From contig CBDBBI010000010.1 in the NCBI GenBank assembly GCA_965202625.1, positions 480,001 through 544,000 of the forward strand: a DNA stretch of 64,000 nucleotides. The letters run 5' to 3'. The DNA is from a bacterium. Its GTDB lineage: Bacteria; UBA8248. Under the pieces are notes generated by a model that worked only from the letters and a program-made list of their open reading frames with translations, had not been told where the DNA came from and did not search any database. A program made the position numbers and the translations under genes. Of the stretch, positions 1 through 8,529 are shown in pieces. Position 1 is the first letter of the stretch, and each line of letters opens with the position of its first letter.

Positions 1-235
1 GGAACTTAAAGTCGCTGCCGAGGCCATAATGCTTGGCGAACGCAGGGCCCATGCGCTTGGCCGTCCGGTCGCTGAAGAGGGGGTTGATGATCGTGACGGC
101 CCCCTCTTTTTTCGCCGCGCGCACGAGCTCGGCCTGGTTTTTCATCATCGCATCGGATGCGGGTGTGCCCAAGGCGATGATGGCCAGTGCAAAGATGGCG
201 GCGATGAAACCAAATTGACGGGTGAGGTGTTTCAT
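1..235 (-). CDS. ABC transporter substrate-binding protein, N-terminal part (runs off window)
   Basis: Not in the ORF track. Minus-strand translation from ATG 235 gives MKHLTRQFGFIAAIFALAIIALGTPASDA (signal peptide)...ELVRAAKKEGAVTI, typical of Fe3+/thiamine-type SBPs. RBS AAGGAG upstream. Confidence 0.7.
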   Translation of the reverse strand, partial: MKHLTRQFGFIAAIFALAIIALGTPASDAMMKNQAELVRAAKKEGAVTIINPLFSDRTAKRMGPAFAKHYGLGSDFKF

Positions 236-709
236 TGAAAATCTCCTTTCGATTACTTGATTAGGGTAGGGGCAAGCCCCCAGTGTAAAAGATTCGACCA
301 TTTCCTCTTTTTCCGCAAGGATAGACGGGCAGGTGAGGCAAGCGATCCCCTTGTTGCTTGCCCTTCGCCGTTGCCAGAATATTTTGTCAGTGAAAATAAC
401 AGATTTTTCATATCTGTCAATGCCCCTTTCCTTCAATCGGCAACTAGGCGGAGAGCGTCGAAGAACCCTTCTCTGCTTCTCTCGCCCGGCGCCCTGCACC
501 TTGATTGCGCTTGGAGATTTCCTGCTATATACAAAGTGGTTGCGCGTCTCTTGAAAGTTCACGGCGAAATGTTCATAGAGATCGAGAGCAGTTCTTACAA
601 AGTGACGGACGAGGCGGGAGGTTGTCGTTATAGGACACGGCTGGCGGATCGGCGCGTCTTTTCTCTTTGGCGATTCTTTCCCGGTCGAAATTATGAGCGA
701 GGATTTTCC

Positions 710-1549
710 TTGAACGCGAAATCAGTCGGCTCGCCCCTCATTCAGACTTGCGAGCTGGAAGCCCCGTCGGGTTCGTTCATGACACACGTCACGGTGCTTC
801 TCGTCGGGGATGGTCCCTATGTCCTCTTTGATGCGGGGTACCCCGAGCGCGTTCCTGAGACGCTCTCCTGGGTGGAGGCGCGGGCGGGGGATGACCTGGA
901 GAAACTCGTGCTGACTCACCATCACTTCGACCATGCCGGCGGGGCGAAGGCGGTTTGCGAACGATTTGGCGTCAGTGCCTACGCGCATCCCCTGGAGATG
1001 AACTTTCTGGAGGAGGAACAGTCCGGTTTGGCGGTTTCTCCGCTGTGCGAAGGAAAAGTCATTGAATTGGGAGAGGTGCTCCTGGAGGTGCTCCTGACGC
1101 CGGGCCACTCTCCGGGACATCTCTCCTTCTGGTGGGAGGCGGAGAAAATCCTTCTAGGGGGAGACAATGTTCTTTTTCCTTCCACAACGGCCGTGGTCGC
1201 TCCAAAGGGAAACCTGGACGATTACCTCGAATCGTTGCGGAGGGTGAGGGGGCTCGCGCCCCGGTTCATCTACCCGGGCCACGGTCCGGTGATCGAGGAG
1301 CCGATTCGCAGGATTGACGCGCTCCTGGAGCACCGTAAAATGCGCGACGCGCAGTTTCTGGAGGCCCTGGGCGCCGGGCATGACACCCCCTCCAGAATTG
1401 CGGAGGTAGTTTATCAAGATTTGTCCGAGTCCCAGAAAAGCTTGGGTGCGCGGATGATAGCGTTGCACCTGGAGAGGTTCGTAGAAACTGGAGAAGTGGA
1501 GCGCGCGGGTGAGCGCTATTCGTTGACGCGACCCCTTCAGGGAGACTGA
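710..1549 (+). CDS. MBL-fold metallo-hydrolase (LACTB2-like, C-terminal winged helix)
   Basis: THHHFDHAGG, TPGHSPGH, GGD and PGHG motifs. Start trimmed to TTG 710; ATG 779 is an alternative. Confidence 0.85.
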   Translation: MNAKSVGSPLIQTCELEAPSGSFMTHVTVLLVGDGPYVLFDAGYPERVPETLSWVEARAGDDLEKLVLTHHHFDHAGGAKAVCERFGVSAYAHPLEMNFLEEEQSGLAVSPLCEGKVIELGEVLLEVLLTPGHSPGHLSFWWEAEKILLGGDNVLFPSTTAVVAPKGNLDDYLESLRRVRGLAPRFIYPGHGPVIEEPIRRIDALLEHRKMRDAQFLEALGAGHDTPSRIAEVVYQDLSESQKSLGARMIALHLERFVETGEVERAGERYSLTRPLQGD

Positions 1550-1555
1550 AACTCT

Positions 1556-2365
1556 TTGCTAACGAATTGCCACACGCTGATTCTGCGGACGCTGCTTGAG
1601 CGCCATCCCAAGGTGCCCCATTCTGAGAATGACGCCTACGTTTACAACGTGGCACCCGATTCTTTGCCCCTCTCGGGGGAGTTTAAGGCCAGGCAAACCC
1701 ACCGGTTCGCCCCACCGGCCGGAGTCATGCACCGATTCCCGAAACTTTTGTGGGTGAAATGCCACCTGGTAGTCGACAACATCTGCCATTATGGGGATAT
1801 CGCCAAAGCGGCGAGCGGACTGTCGCCCTCCCAAAAGGGGGGCTACGCTTACGCGAAGGGCGCCGCGCTCATCCCCTTGATACGCGAGTTCGCAGACGAA
1901 ATGGGCGTTTCGCTGGATGGGGCGAGTCTCCACTATCTCGCGCACGTTTTGGTGGAAATCGCTGTGGATTACGCCATCTATCGCGACGACCGTACGGTGG
2001 CGGAGCATCTTCGAGACGCCCAACTTTTCATGAGCACCGCGCAAAAGCGTGAATACGCGAGGAGCCTCGGTGCCTTCTATAGGTGCGCGCCGGAGAAAAT
2101 CGAGAGCGCGGGTGACGCGCCTCAAAAATTTTACGGTGACCTCCACAACATCGACAATCTTTTCGTGGATGGACGAACGAAAATCGTCTTAAGGAAGCTT
2201 GGTTTGCCCTTCAGCGCGGAGAACACAAGAAGAACGTGCCGCTTGATTGAGGAGGGAGCGCGGATGATAGGGGATTACATGAACTTCATCGACGACTCCG
2301 TGAAAGCCCTCTCGAACTGGAGGGTATGGGAGGGAGACGCCACCATCGCCGGCGAGGTTTTTTGA
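1556..2365 (+). CDS. Hypothetical protein, probable zinc-dependent phospholipase C/P1-nuclease-like fold
   Basis: N-terminal H, APD, H, HLVVDNICH and HVLVEIAVD spacing resembles the Zn_dep_PLC metal ligands. Starts 6 bp after the MBL gene. Confidence 0.55.
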   Translation: MLTNCHTLILRTLLERHPKVPHSENDAYVYNVAPDSLPLSGEFKARQTHRFAPPAGVMHRFPKLLWVKCHLVVDNICHYGDIAKAASGLSPSQKGGYAYAKGAALIPLIREFADEMGVSLDGASLHYLAHVLVEIAVDYAIYRDDRTVAEHLRDAQLFMSTAQKREYARSLGAFYRCAPEKIESAGDAPQKFYGDLHNIDNLFVDGRTKIVLRKLGLPFSAENTRRTCRLIEEGARMIGDYMNFIDDSVKALSNWRVWEGDATIAGEVF

Positions 2366-2515
2366 CGGGTCTCCACGCGGTGGCTTTCCCTGGACAACGT
2401 TGCGCACGCGCGACCCCGCTCCACAAGTGCTTTGACGCTGGTTCGACCGCTCGGGAGGGTTGTTGCGCCGTTGCTCGAGCCAAGAGGCACTTGCGTCATG
2501 CTGAACAAACATTGT

Positions 2516-2607
2516 CCTTTATGCCATTTGGCATAAAGGTGGACCTATCACAATGGCTTTGTTTTATATGATTATATGAAAGTTGAGGGAGGACTATATG
2601 AAAGTTG
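2516..2607. repeat. 11-bp-arm palindrome plus two 13-bp direct repeats
   Basis: CCTTTATGCCA-TT-TGGCATAAAGG at 2516-2539; TATATGAAAGTTG at 2573-2585 and 2595-2607. Confidence 0.8.
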
Positions 2608-2655
2608 CACCAGAGGGATGAGGTCGGTCTTGGCCTTGGACGTGCGTTTCCTGCC

Positions 2656-2931
2656 CTACTGGTTCACGGCGTCCCTGAGATTGGCACCCGCCTTGAATCT
2701 CGGCACGTTGGCAGCTTTTACTTCAATCTCCTCGCCCGTTCTCGGATTGCGTCCCTTGCGGGCCGCTCGCGTAGAAGCGCTGAACGTGCCGAAACCCGTG
2801 AGCGTCACCTTCTCACCGTCCTTGAGAGCAGAGGTTATGATATCCACGAATGCGTTGAGGGCGTGCTCAGCGCTCGATTTGCTCAGGTTCGCCTGCGCCG
2901 CGATGGAGTCTATGAGTTCGCCTTTGTTCAT
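2656..2931 (-). CDS. hup: DNA-binding protein HU
   Basis: MNKGELID...GFGTFS...RAARKGRNPRTGEEI signature; RBS AGGAG. Confidence 0.97.
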   Translation of the reverse strand: MNKGELIDSIAAQANLSKSSAEHALNAFVDIITSALKDGEKVTLTGFGTFSASTRAARKGRNPRTGEEIEVKAANVPRFKAGANLRDAVNQ

Positions 2932-3145
2932 TTCCTGCTCTCCTTTTTATTGCTCTGTGTGCGGGCGTCGCACGCATGCTCAAATTATATAACTCCTGGA
3001 AATCGGACTCAAGATAAAACTCTGGTTAGGGGCGAAAATCAAACCCTAAGGGTGAGAAAATCAAATATGAAAATACATTATAGCCCTGGGGAAAATCCCG
3101 CGCAAGCGAAAAATAAGTCCCCTTTTTGTGTCGATCCGGGCTGAA

Positions 3146-4396
3146 TCACGGAACCGGAAATTTCCACAGCGCGTCTTTTTTTACCATCTGATCGTATGAA
3201 AAAAGGGCGACGCCATCCGCTCCCGCCTCTCGGGCGGCGCCCCATTCGCCCCAGATGCCTTCTGGGCGACGGATGAACAGGTAGGCACCCAGGCCAATAA
3301 CGATTTTCGGTGCGCGCGAGCGATTGCGAGCGGCCATTTTCGTGGCGACCACGCTTCGGCTGATTTGGGCCGCCAAGCGCGTGTCTCTCGTGTAGTTCAT
3401 CACGACGACCTTGTCCAGAAATCCGTTTTCGATCCAGCCCCGCCAGTCCTGAAACGCAGAGAGGTAGGCCCGTTCCGCCCAAGGGAGAACTGCTGCGGAA
3501 ATAATGGCTTGAGGGTTCAAATCTCTCACTGTCTCATAAACGTCGCGAACCGCCGCCGTTACCTGCGCGCGTCTCCACGCATCCCACGCATCTGGGTTGG
3601 CCTCTGCCGCGTCCGCGCCGGCGAGAGGTGCCTTTTTCCAGGTTTTTTTCTGAAAACGCGCGACGGAAATCTTATTGTAGCCAAAATCAAGGCGCGGGGA
3701 AAAGCGCGACCCTGGGGATATGGGAAGCGCGTAGGGATAGCGGATGAAGTCGAGATGGATTCCCGCCAGTCTCGGATATTTTCTGACCAATTCCGCCGCG
3801 ATGGCGACGAGGCGTCCGCGCACGCCCGGGTGGCCCGGATCTAGGAAAATTCCGGGCGTTCCCAACGCGAAACCTCTCGCCCATTCCGGCTTTCCGGAAA
3901 GGGGATATTCGAGGAGGGAGCGTCCATATTGATCCTTGAGCACAGCCTCCGCCCCGAGTTGACGGATGATGGGAGCGTCCTTATTTCTCGCCAGGGCGAA
4001 TGCGTTTATCCAGGCGTGTATCCTGATGGCGCGACCGTCTTTTCGGGAGGACAGCGCGAGCAGGAAAGTGAGTGGGTCTCGCCCCGCTCGCTTTGCGGGT
4101 GAATCATCCGCCAGACGCGTAGGGAACCACGCCTTTCCGGAGCGATAGACCTGCGCGTAAATGTCTGTGACGCCGGCTGCGCGTGCGCGCTTCACCAAAC
4201 CTTTTATTCTCTCGTTGCTGTCGAGGGTTCTGTTCTCGCCTTCCGCCTGCACCCACAGGCCGACCTCGAACCGGCTCCCTCCAAGGTAATTTTTGAGGGA
4301 GTTCTCAAAGGATAGCGCGCCCAAATGGGCGCACCCTGAAACGAGGATCGAGATGAGGACGCCGCACGACGCGCCCATGAGCTGGAGTGGCTTCAT
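3146..4396 (-). CDS. Glycoside hydrolase-like family 10 (YddW/DigH-like) lipoprotein
   Basis: Lipobox VSGC; IYAQVY, IRIHAWIN, FLDPGHP, GIHLDFIRYP and QDWRGW motifs. Confidence 0.85.
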   Translation of the reverse strand: MKPLQLMGASCGVLISILVSGCAHLGALSFENSLKNYLGGSRFEVGLWVQAEGENRTLDSNERIKGLVKRARAAGVTDIYAQVYRSGKAWFPTRLADDSPAKRAGRDPLTFLLALSSRKDGRAIRIHAWINAFALARNKDAPIIRQLGAEAVLKDQYGRSLLEYPLSGKPEWARGFALGTPGIFLDPGHPGVRGRLVAIAAELVRKYPRLAGIHLDFIRYPYALPISPGSRFSPRLDFGYNKISVARFQKKTWKKAPLAGADAAEANPDAWDAWRRAQVTAAVRDVYETVRDLNPQAIISAAVLPWAERAYLSAFQDWRGWIENGFLDKVVVMNYTRDTRLAAQISRSVVATKMAARNRSRAPKIVIGLGAYLFIRRPEGIWGEWGAAREAGADGVALFSYDQMVKKDALWKFPVP

Positions 4397-4536
4397 CCGG
4401 TCTTTTCTGTGAGGGCGGGCGTTCGTAGCTTACGTTACGCAGGTTACAATGTGTCCCGAAACGTAGTCAATCAAAAATAAGCGCGATCGGAATAAAGGGA
4501 ACGAACGAGAGGCAAGCCCGGCCTTTCGCCAGCCCT

Positions 4537-5109
4537 TCATAGAAGTCCTTCGAGGGCAAGCGCTCTCCTCGCTGCCGAGGTGGCCTCGGCCAGCGCTTTA
4601 TCTTCCGCTTTGCACATGGGTTCGCCTCGAATTGCTCGATACCCCTCGATTATGTGCTGGGGGGAAATTTGCCCCTGGAGTGCTTCCCAGGCGCTCAGTG
4701 CCGCTCCCAAATGCGCCGCCACGGGCACTGCGGAATGCCTTGATGCGATGGCATCGATGTCCACGGACGCGAGGCGGACGTCGGGGGCTTTGATGGCGTT
4801 CGGAGTGTTGAGGACGAGGACGCCGCCGGATTTTTTCACAGCGTTTCCCATCGGGGGCACGACGGCGAGGCGCGGGTCGCAGACGATTTCAAGGTCATAG
4901 CTCCTCGGAATGGCGAGATCGGCGAGCGGGCTTTTTGAGACCTTCACCACCGCCCTGTCGGGAGAGCCGGCGGGGGAGGGAAACCCGGGAGTCCGCACCT
5001 GGGTGGAGAACCCCGCTCGGGTGGCCGCCTCGCCGAAGACGCGCGCGGCGAGCAGGAAAATGTCCCCGCCGTCGATCTCGCGTCTCCCATGAAAGCAAAC
5101 TACGCGCAT
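4537..5109 (-). CDS. 2-oxoacid:acceptor oxidoreductase gamma-subunit-like protein (divergent)
   Basis: MRVVCFHGR..., GSPDRAVVKVS, YDLEIVCDP, GVLVLNT and VDIDAIA follow the POR-gamma pattern, but the GRGGQG motif is degenerate. Confidence 0.6.
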   Translation of the reverse strand: MRVVCFHGRREIDGGDIFLLAARVFGEAATRAGFSTQVRTPGFPSPAGSPDRAVVKVSKSPLADLAIPRSYDLEIVCDPRLAVVPPMGNAVKKSGGVLVLNTPNAIKAPDVRLASVDIDAIASRHSAVPVAAHLGAALSAWEALQGQISPQHIIEGYRAIRGEPMCKAEDKALAEATSAARRALALEGLL

Positions 5110-5388
5110 GAGGCGTTCTCGATCGTTGAGACAAACAAGAAAAAAACGCAGCATACTACACGTTAGCAAAATGCGGACTCCTTCTCCATTTCAAGTTGAC
5201 ATCGAAAACGGGGACTTACAATATGGGTTAAGGAGAATCTTCCGGCACTGGCGACGTCGCGTCCCATGGCGTGCGTGGTCAGCCGCGAAGACTTGTCTGG
5301 TTCTAGAGGGGCTGAAACTTTGCATAGCCTGCGCGTGGAGCGCCGATTCCGCCCGGCGCGTAGGAGCCTGAGCGATAGGGAGTGCGCT

Positions 5389-6783
5389 TTGAACAAGAAG
5401 TTCAGGATATTCACATACGGCTGCCAGATGAACCGCTACGACACGGAGACGATCACCGGCTACCTAGAGCGAGAAGGATATAGGGAAAGCGACTCGAACG
5501 AGGGGGCCGACCTGATTCTATTGAACACTTGCTCTATTCGAGACAAGGCGGAACAGAAGGTCTACAGTCAGCTCGGTCGGCTTGAGAAACTCAAGGCGTC
5601 GAACCCCGACCTAAAAATCGGCGTGTGCGGCTGTTTCGCCACGCGCGACGGGGAGGCGATAGCGAAGCGGCGCAAGTCGGTCGACCTCGTATTCGGCACT
5701 CAGAACATCGCCAAACTCCCGATCCTTCTGGAGGAGCTGGAGGAGGGGCGGGTGATGGATACCGCGTCCATCCCGCCGGATTTCACTGAACTCGCCCCGA
5801 TTGAGCGCGGCGGCGGGCTGAACGCTTTTGTGAGCATTGCGCGTGGGTGTGACAACTTTTGCTCCTTCTGCGTCGTGCCCTACACGCGGGGCCCCGAGTG
5901 GAGCAAGCCTAGTGCCCTTATTGTGGACGAGGTGGAGCGCGCGGTGGAGGAGGGGTTTCGGGAGGTCACCCTCCTCGGCCAGAACGTAAACTCCTACGGT
6001 CGAAAATCTCCAGGTGAGCTTTCCTTCGGCGGGTTGCTGAGACGCCTGAACGAGGTGGACGGGCTGGCGCGTATCCGCTTCATGACGTCGCATCCCAAGG
6101 ATTGCGACGAGGAAATGATCGACGCTATGGAAGGGTGCGAGAAGGTGTGCGAGCATCTCCACCTGCCGGTGCAATCCGGCGCGGACGCGGTTCTCAGGCG
6201 CATGGAGCGCGGATATACGGCACAAGAGTATCTGGAGAAAATCTCTCTATTCAAGGAACGTGTGAGAGACGGGGTGCTCACCTCGGACGTCATCATCGGT
6301 TTTCCGGGCGAGCGGGATGTTGATTTCCAGGAAACGCTCCGTATGCTGCGCGAGGTGCGCTATGATAATATTTACATGTTCAAATACTCCCCCCGTCCTG
6401 GGACGCCCGCCCTCGGGATGGAGGGGACGCTTCCCGAAGAAATGCTGTCCGAGCGCTTTGAGGAGGCCAGTCGGGTGCAGCGCGAGGTGACGGAGGATCA
6501 GCATGCGGCTCTCCTCGGTGGCCTTCAGGAGGTGATGGTTGAGCGGGCCGCGACGCCCAAGGGCACCCCCTCCGGATGCGCGGACTGCTTGGAGGCTGCG
6601 CGTGCGCCGGAGTCGAACTGGTTTGCGGGTCGCGGCAGAGGGAATCACAGGGTAGAATTCCTGGCGGAGGGTTTTACCCCTGCTCCCGGTGACCTAGTCG
6701 AAGTGAAAATCATGCGAAGTGGGGTTCACTCTTTGGCTGGCGTTTCGCCGCCAAGCGCCGTGGCGATGGAGGAATACGAATGA
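5389..6783 (+). CDS. miaB: tRNA-i6A37 methylthiotransferase
   Basis: TYGCQMN, LNTCSIRDKAEQK, radical-SAM CDNFCSFC, YSPRPGTPA and a TRAM domain. Start trimmed to TTG 5389. Confidence 0.95.
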   Translation: MNKKFRIFTYGCQMNRYDTETITGYLEREGYRESDSNEGADLILLNTCSIRDKAEQKVYSQLGRLEKLKASNPDLKIGVCGCFATRDGEAIAKRRKSVDLVFGTQNIAKLPILLEELEEGRVMDTASIPPDFTELAPIERGGGLNAFVSIARGCDNFCSFCVVPYTRGPEWSKPSALIVDEVERAVEEGFREVTLLGQNVNSYGRKSPGELSFGGLLRRLNEVDGLARIRFMTSHPKDCDEEMIDAMEGCEKVCEHLHLPVQSGADAVLRRMERGYTAQEYLEKISLFKERVRDGVLTSDVIIGFPGERDVDFQETLRMLREVRYDNIYMFKYSPRPGTPALGMEGTLPEEMLSERFEEASRVQREVTEDQHAALLGGLQEVMVERAATPKGTPSGCADCLEAARAPESNWFAGRGRGNHRVEFLAEGFTPAPGDLVEVKIMRSGVHSLAGVSPPSAVAMEEYE

Positions 6784-7346
6784 TGGTCGAGATGGCAGTC
6801 AAGGGCCTCACGCTCGATCCGCACACCAACGTGCCGATTGTGATTCTGCGCGAGACCGAGGGCGAGCGTGCCCTCCCCATCTGGGTGGGCATTTTTGAGG
6901 CGCACGCCATCGCGCGCGAGATCGAGCACTTTGAGACGCCCCGTCCGATGACGCACGATTTGATCAAGAACATGATCAACGACCTCCATGGCCGGGTGGA
7001 GAAAATCCGGATCAACGATTTGAGGGATAACACCTTTTTCGCCGAAATCTATCTTTCCATGAACGGCTCGGAAATCGTTGTCGACTCGAGACCCTCGGAC
7101 GCCATCGCCGTGGCCCTTCGCATGGGCAGTCCGATATTCGTGGAGGAGAAGGTGCTTGAGGAGGCGAAGAGCATTGAATTCAATGAAGGGGAGGCGAAGG
7201 AGGGTGCCTCGGTCGACGGGGCGGATGAGGAGGGACAAACACCGCTCGCCGGTGCGGAGAGACCGGCGGAGGACGTGCCCGAGGATATCAAGGAGTGGCT
7301 CAAGGATTTGAAGCCGGGCGATTTTCTGAAAGAGGACAATAATTGA
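6780..7346 (+). CDS. Bifunctional nuclease family protein (DUF151)
   Basis: LPIWVGIFEA, RPMTHDL and DSRPSDAIAVA motifs; overlaps the miaB stop. Confidence 0.92.
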   Translation: MMVEMAVKGLTLDPHTNVPIVILRETEGERALPIWVGIFEAHAIAREIEHFETPRPMTHDLIKNMINDLHGRVEKIRINDLRDNTFFAEIYLSMNGSEIVVDSRPSDAIAVALRMGSPIFVEEKVLEEAKSIEFNEGEAKEGASVDGADEEGQTPLAGAERPAEDVPEDIKEWLKDLKPGDFLKEDNN

Positions 7347-7380
7347 GGCGACTCCCGCCGGGCGTCGTCCCCACCGGAGT

Positions 7381-8037
7381 TTGATCGGCTTGCTTCTCTA
7401 TTTGTTGCGACACGGAGAGACGGACTGGAACGTCGAGCAGCGCATACAGGGCGTCTCCGACACCGCGCTCAACGAGGTGGGAGTCGCCCAAGCCGAGGCT
7501 CTCGCCTGCGCGTTGCGAGGGTGTTCGATTGCATGTGTCTATACGAGTCCGCTGAGGCGGGCAAGGCGCACCGCGGAGATCGTCGCCCGGGCTCTTGATG
7601 CCCCCCTTCTTGAGGAGGCAGGCATCGCTGAGTTGAACCAGGGTGAACTCGAGGGGGCGGCCTTTCGGCACCTGCATCAAACGCATCCTGAATTCATGGA
7701 AGTTTGGCAAAATCATCCCGCAGAGGCGCGTATGCCGGGCGGAGAAAGTCTGCCGGAGCTACAGGAGAGAGCCTGGGCCGCGATGGAATGCCTCCTAGAA
7801 GCGCACGAGAGTGAGGTCATCGCCGCGGTGAGCCACAATCTGGCGATCATCACGATTCTATGCAACATTCTGGGTGCGGAACTCAACGGATTCAGACGGT
7901 TGCGTCAGCATAACGCTGCAATGAACATCGTCGAGCACACCCCCCAGCGGGGCTGGAGTGTCGTGACAATGAATTCCTTGGCCCACCTTCAAGAAACGCC
8001 CGTCTCGGGACGGAATTCTTATCTGCCTTATCTTTGA
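7381..8037 (+). CDS. Histidine phosphatase (phosphoglycerate mutase family)
   Basis: LLRHGETDWN, TSPLRRA, PGGES and VSH motifs. Confidence 0.92.
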   Translation: MIGLLLYLLRHGETDWNVEQRIQGVSDTALNEVGVAQAEALACALRGCSIACVYTSPLRRARRTAEIVARALDAPLLEEAGIAELNQGELEGAAFRHLHQTHPEFMEVWQNHPAEARMPGGESLPELQERAWAAMECLLEAHESEVIAAVSHNLAIITILCNILGAELNGFRRLRQHNAAMNIVEHTPQRGWSVVTMNSLAHLQETPVSGRNSYLPYL

Positions 8038-8159
8038 GAACGCGGGGGTTTAGTCGTAGTCCTTGCCTTCCTGGTCAGAGACGTTTCTGTAGTAGTCTTG
8101 AATGGCGTTGACAAGGCGGTCAAACTCGGTTTTGCGCTTTTCCTGCTTCGCCGCTGTGT

Positions 8160-8191
8160 AGCGATAGAACAGATAAGCGATAGAACAGATA
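8160..8191. repeat. 16-bp perfect tandem duplication
   Basis: AGCGATAGAACAGATA at 8160-8175 and 8176-8191. Confidence 0.85.
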
Positions 8192-8529
8192 GAAGACGAT
8201 GAAGCCCACCGTGAACTCTGCGCGCGCTCGGTTTTTTCTCTTTGGCGTGAGCGAGAGGCGGGAACCGTTCGATACGCGCCCGTCAGGTGATCTCTGCGAA
8301 GAGCGTTTGCGTCGTGACGTCCGGACGCGGCAGTGGGGAAACATTACTGATTTGCCCATCAAAGCACTCCATGGACAAGATGTGTGGCAGGGGTGGAGAA
8401 CCCTATCCGCTGGGTGGCGGCCTGTCAACTAAACTAAACGGATGGACGTGAAATTGCGGCGAGGTGGCCGGCGCGTCTCCTCTTTTGAGCGGGCGCGCGC
8501 AGGATGAGGTCTGGTGAGGGGGCGTCGGA

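Noticed and set aside
257-709. N-terminal extension of the 430-aa ORF
   Set aside because: Not protein-like; it spans the divergent promoter region, and MBL similarity begins after ~710.
8386-8429. Possible three-way-junction RNA or IS end (GGCAGG..CCTGTCAAC) with a weak inverted match to 8107-8117
   Set aside because: Helices are short, with no TSD or recognisable motif; expected by chance in GC-rich DNA.
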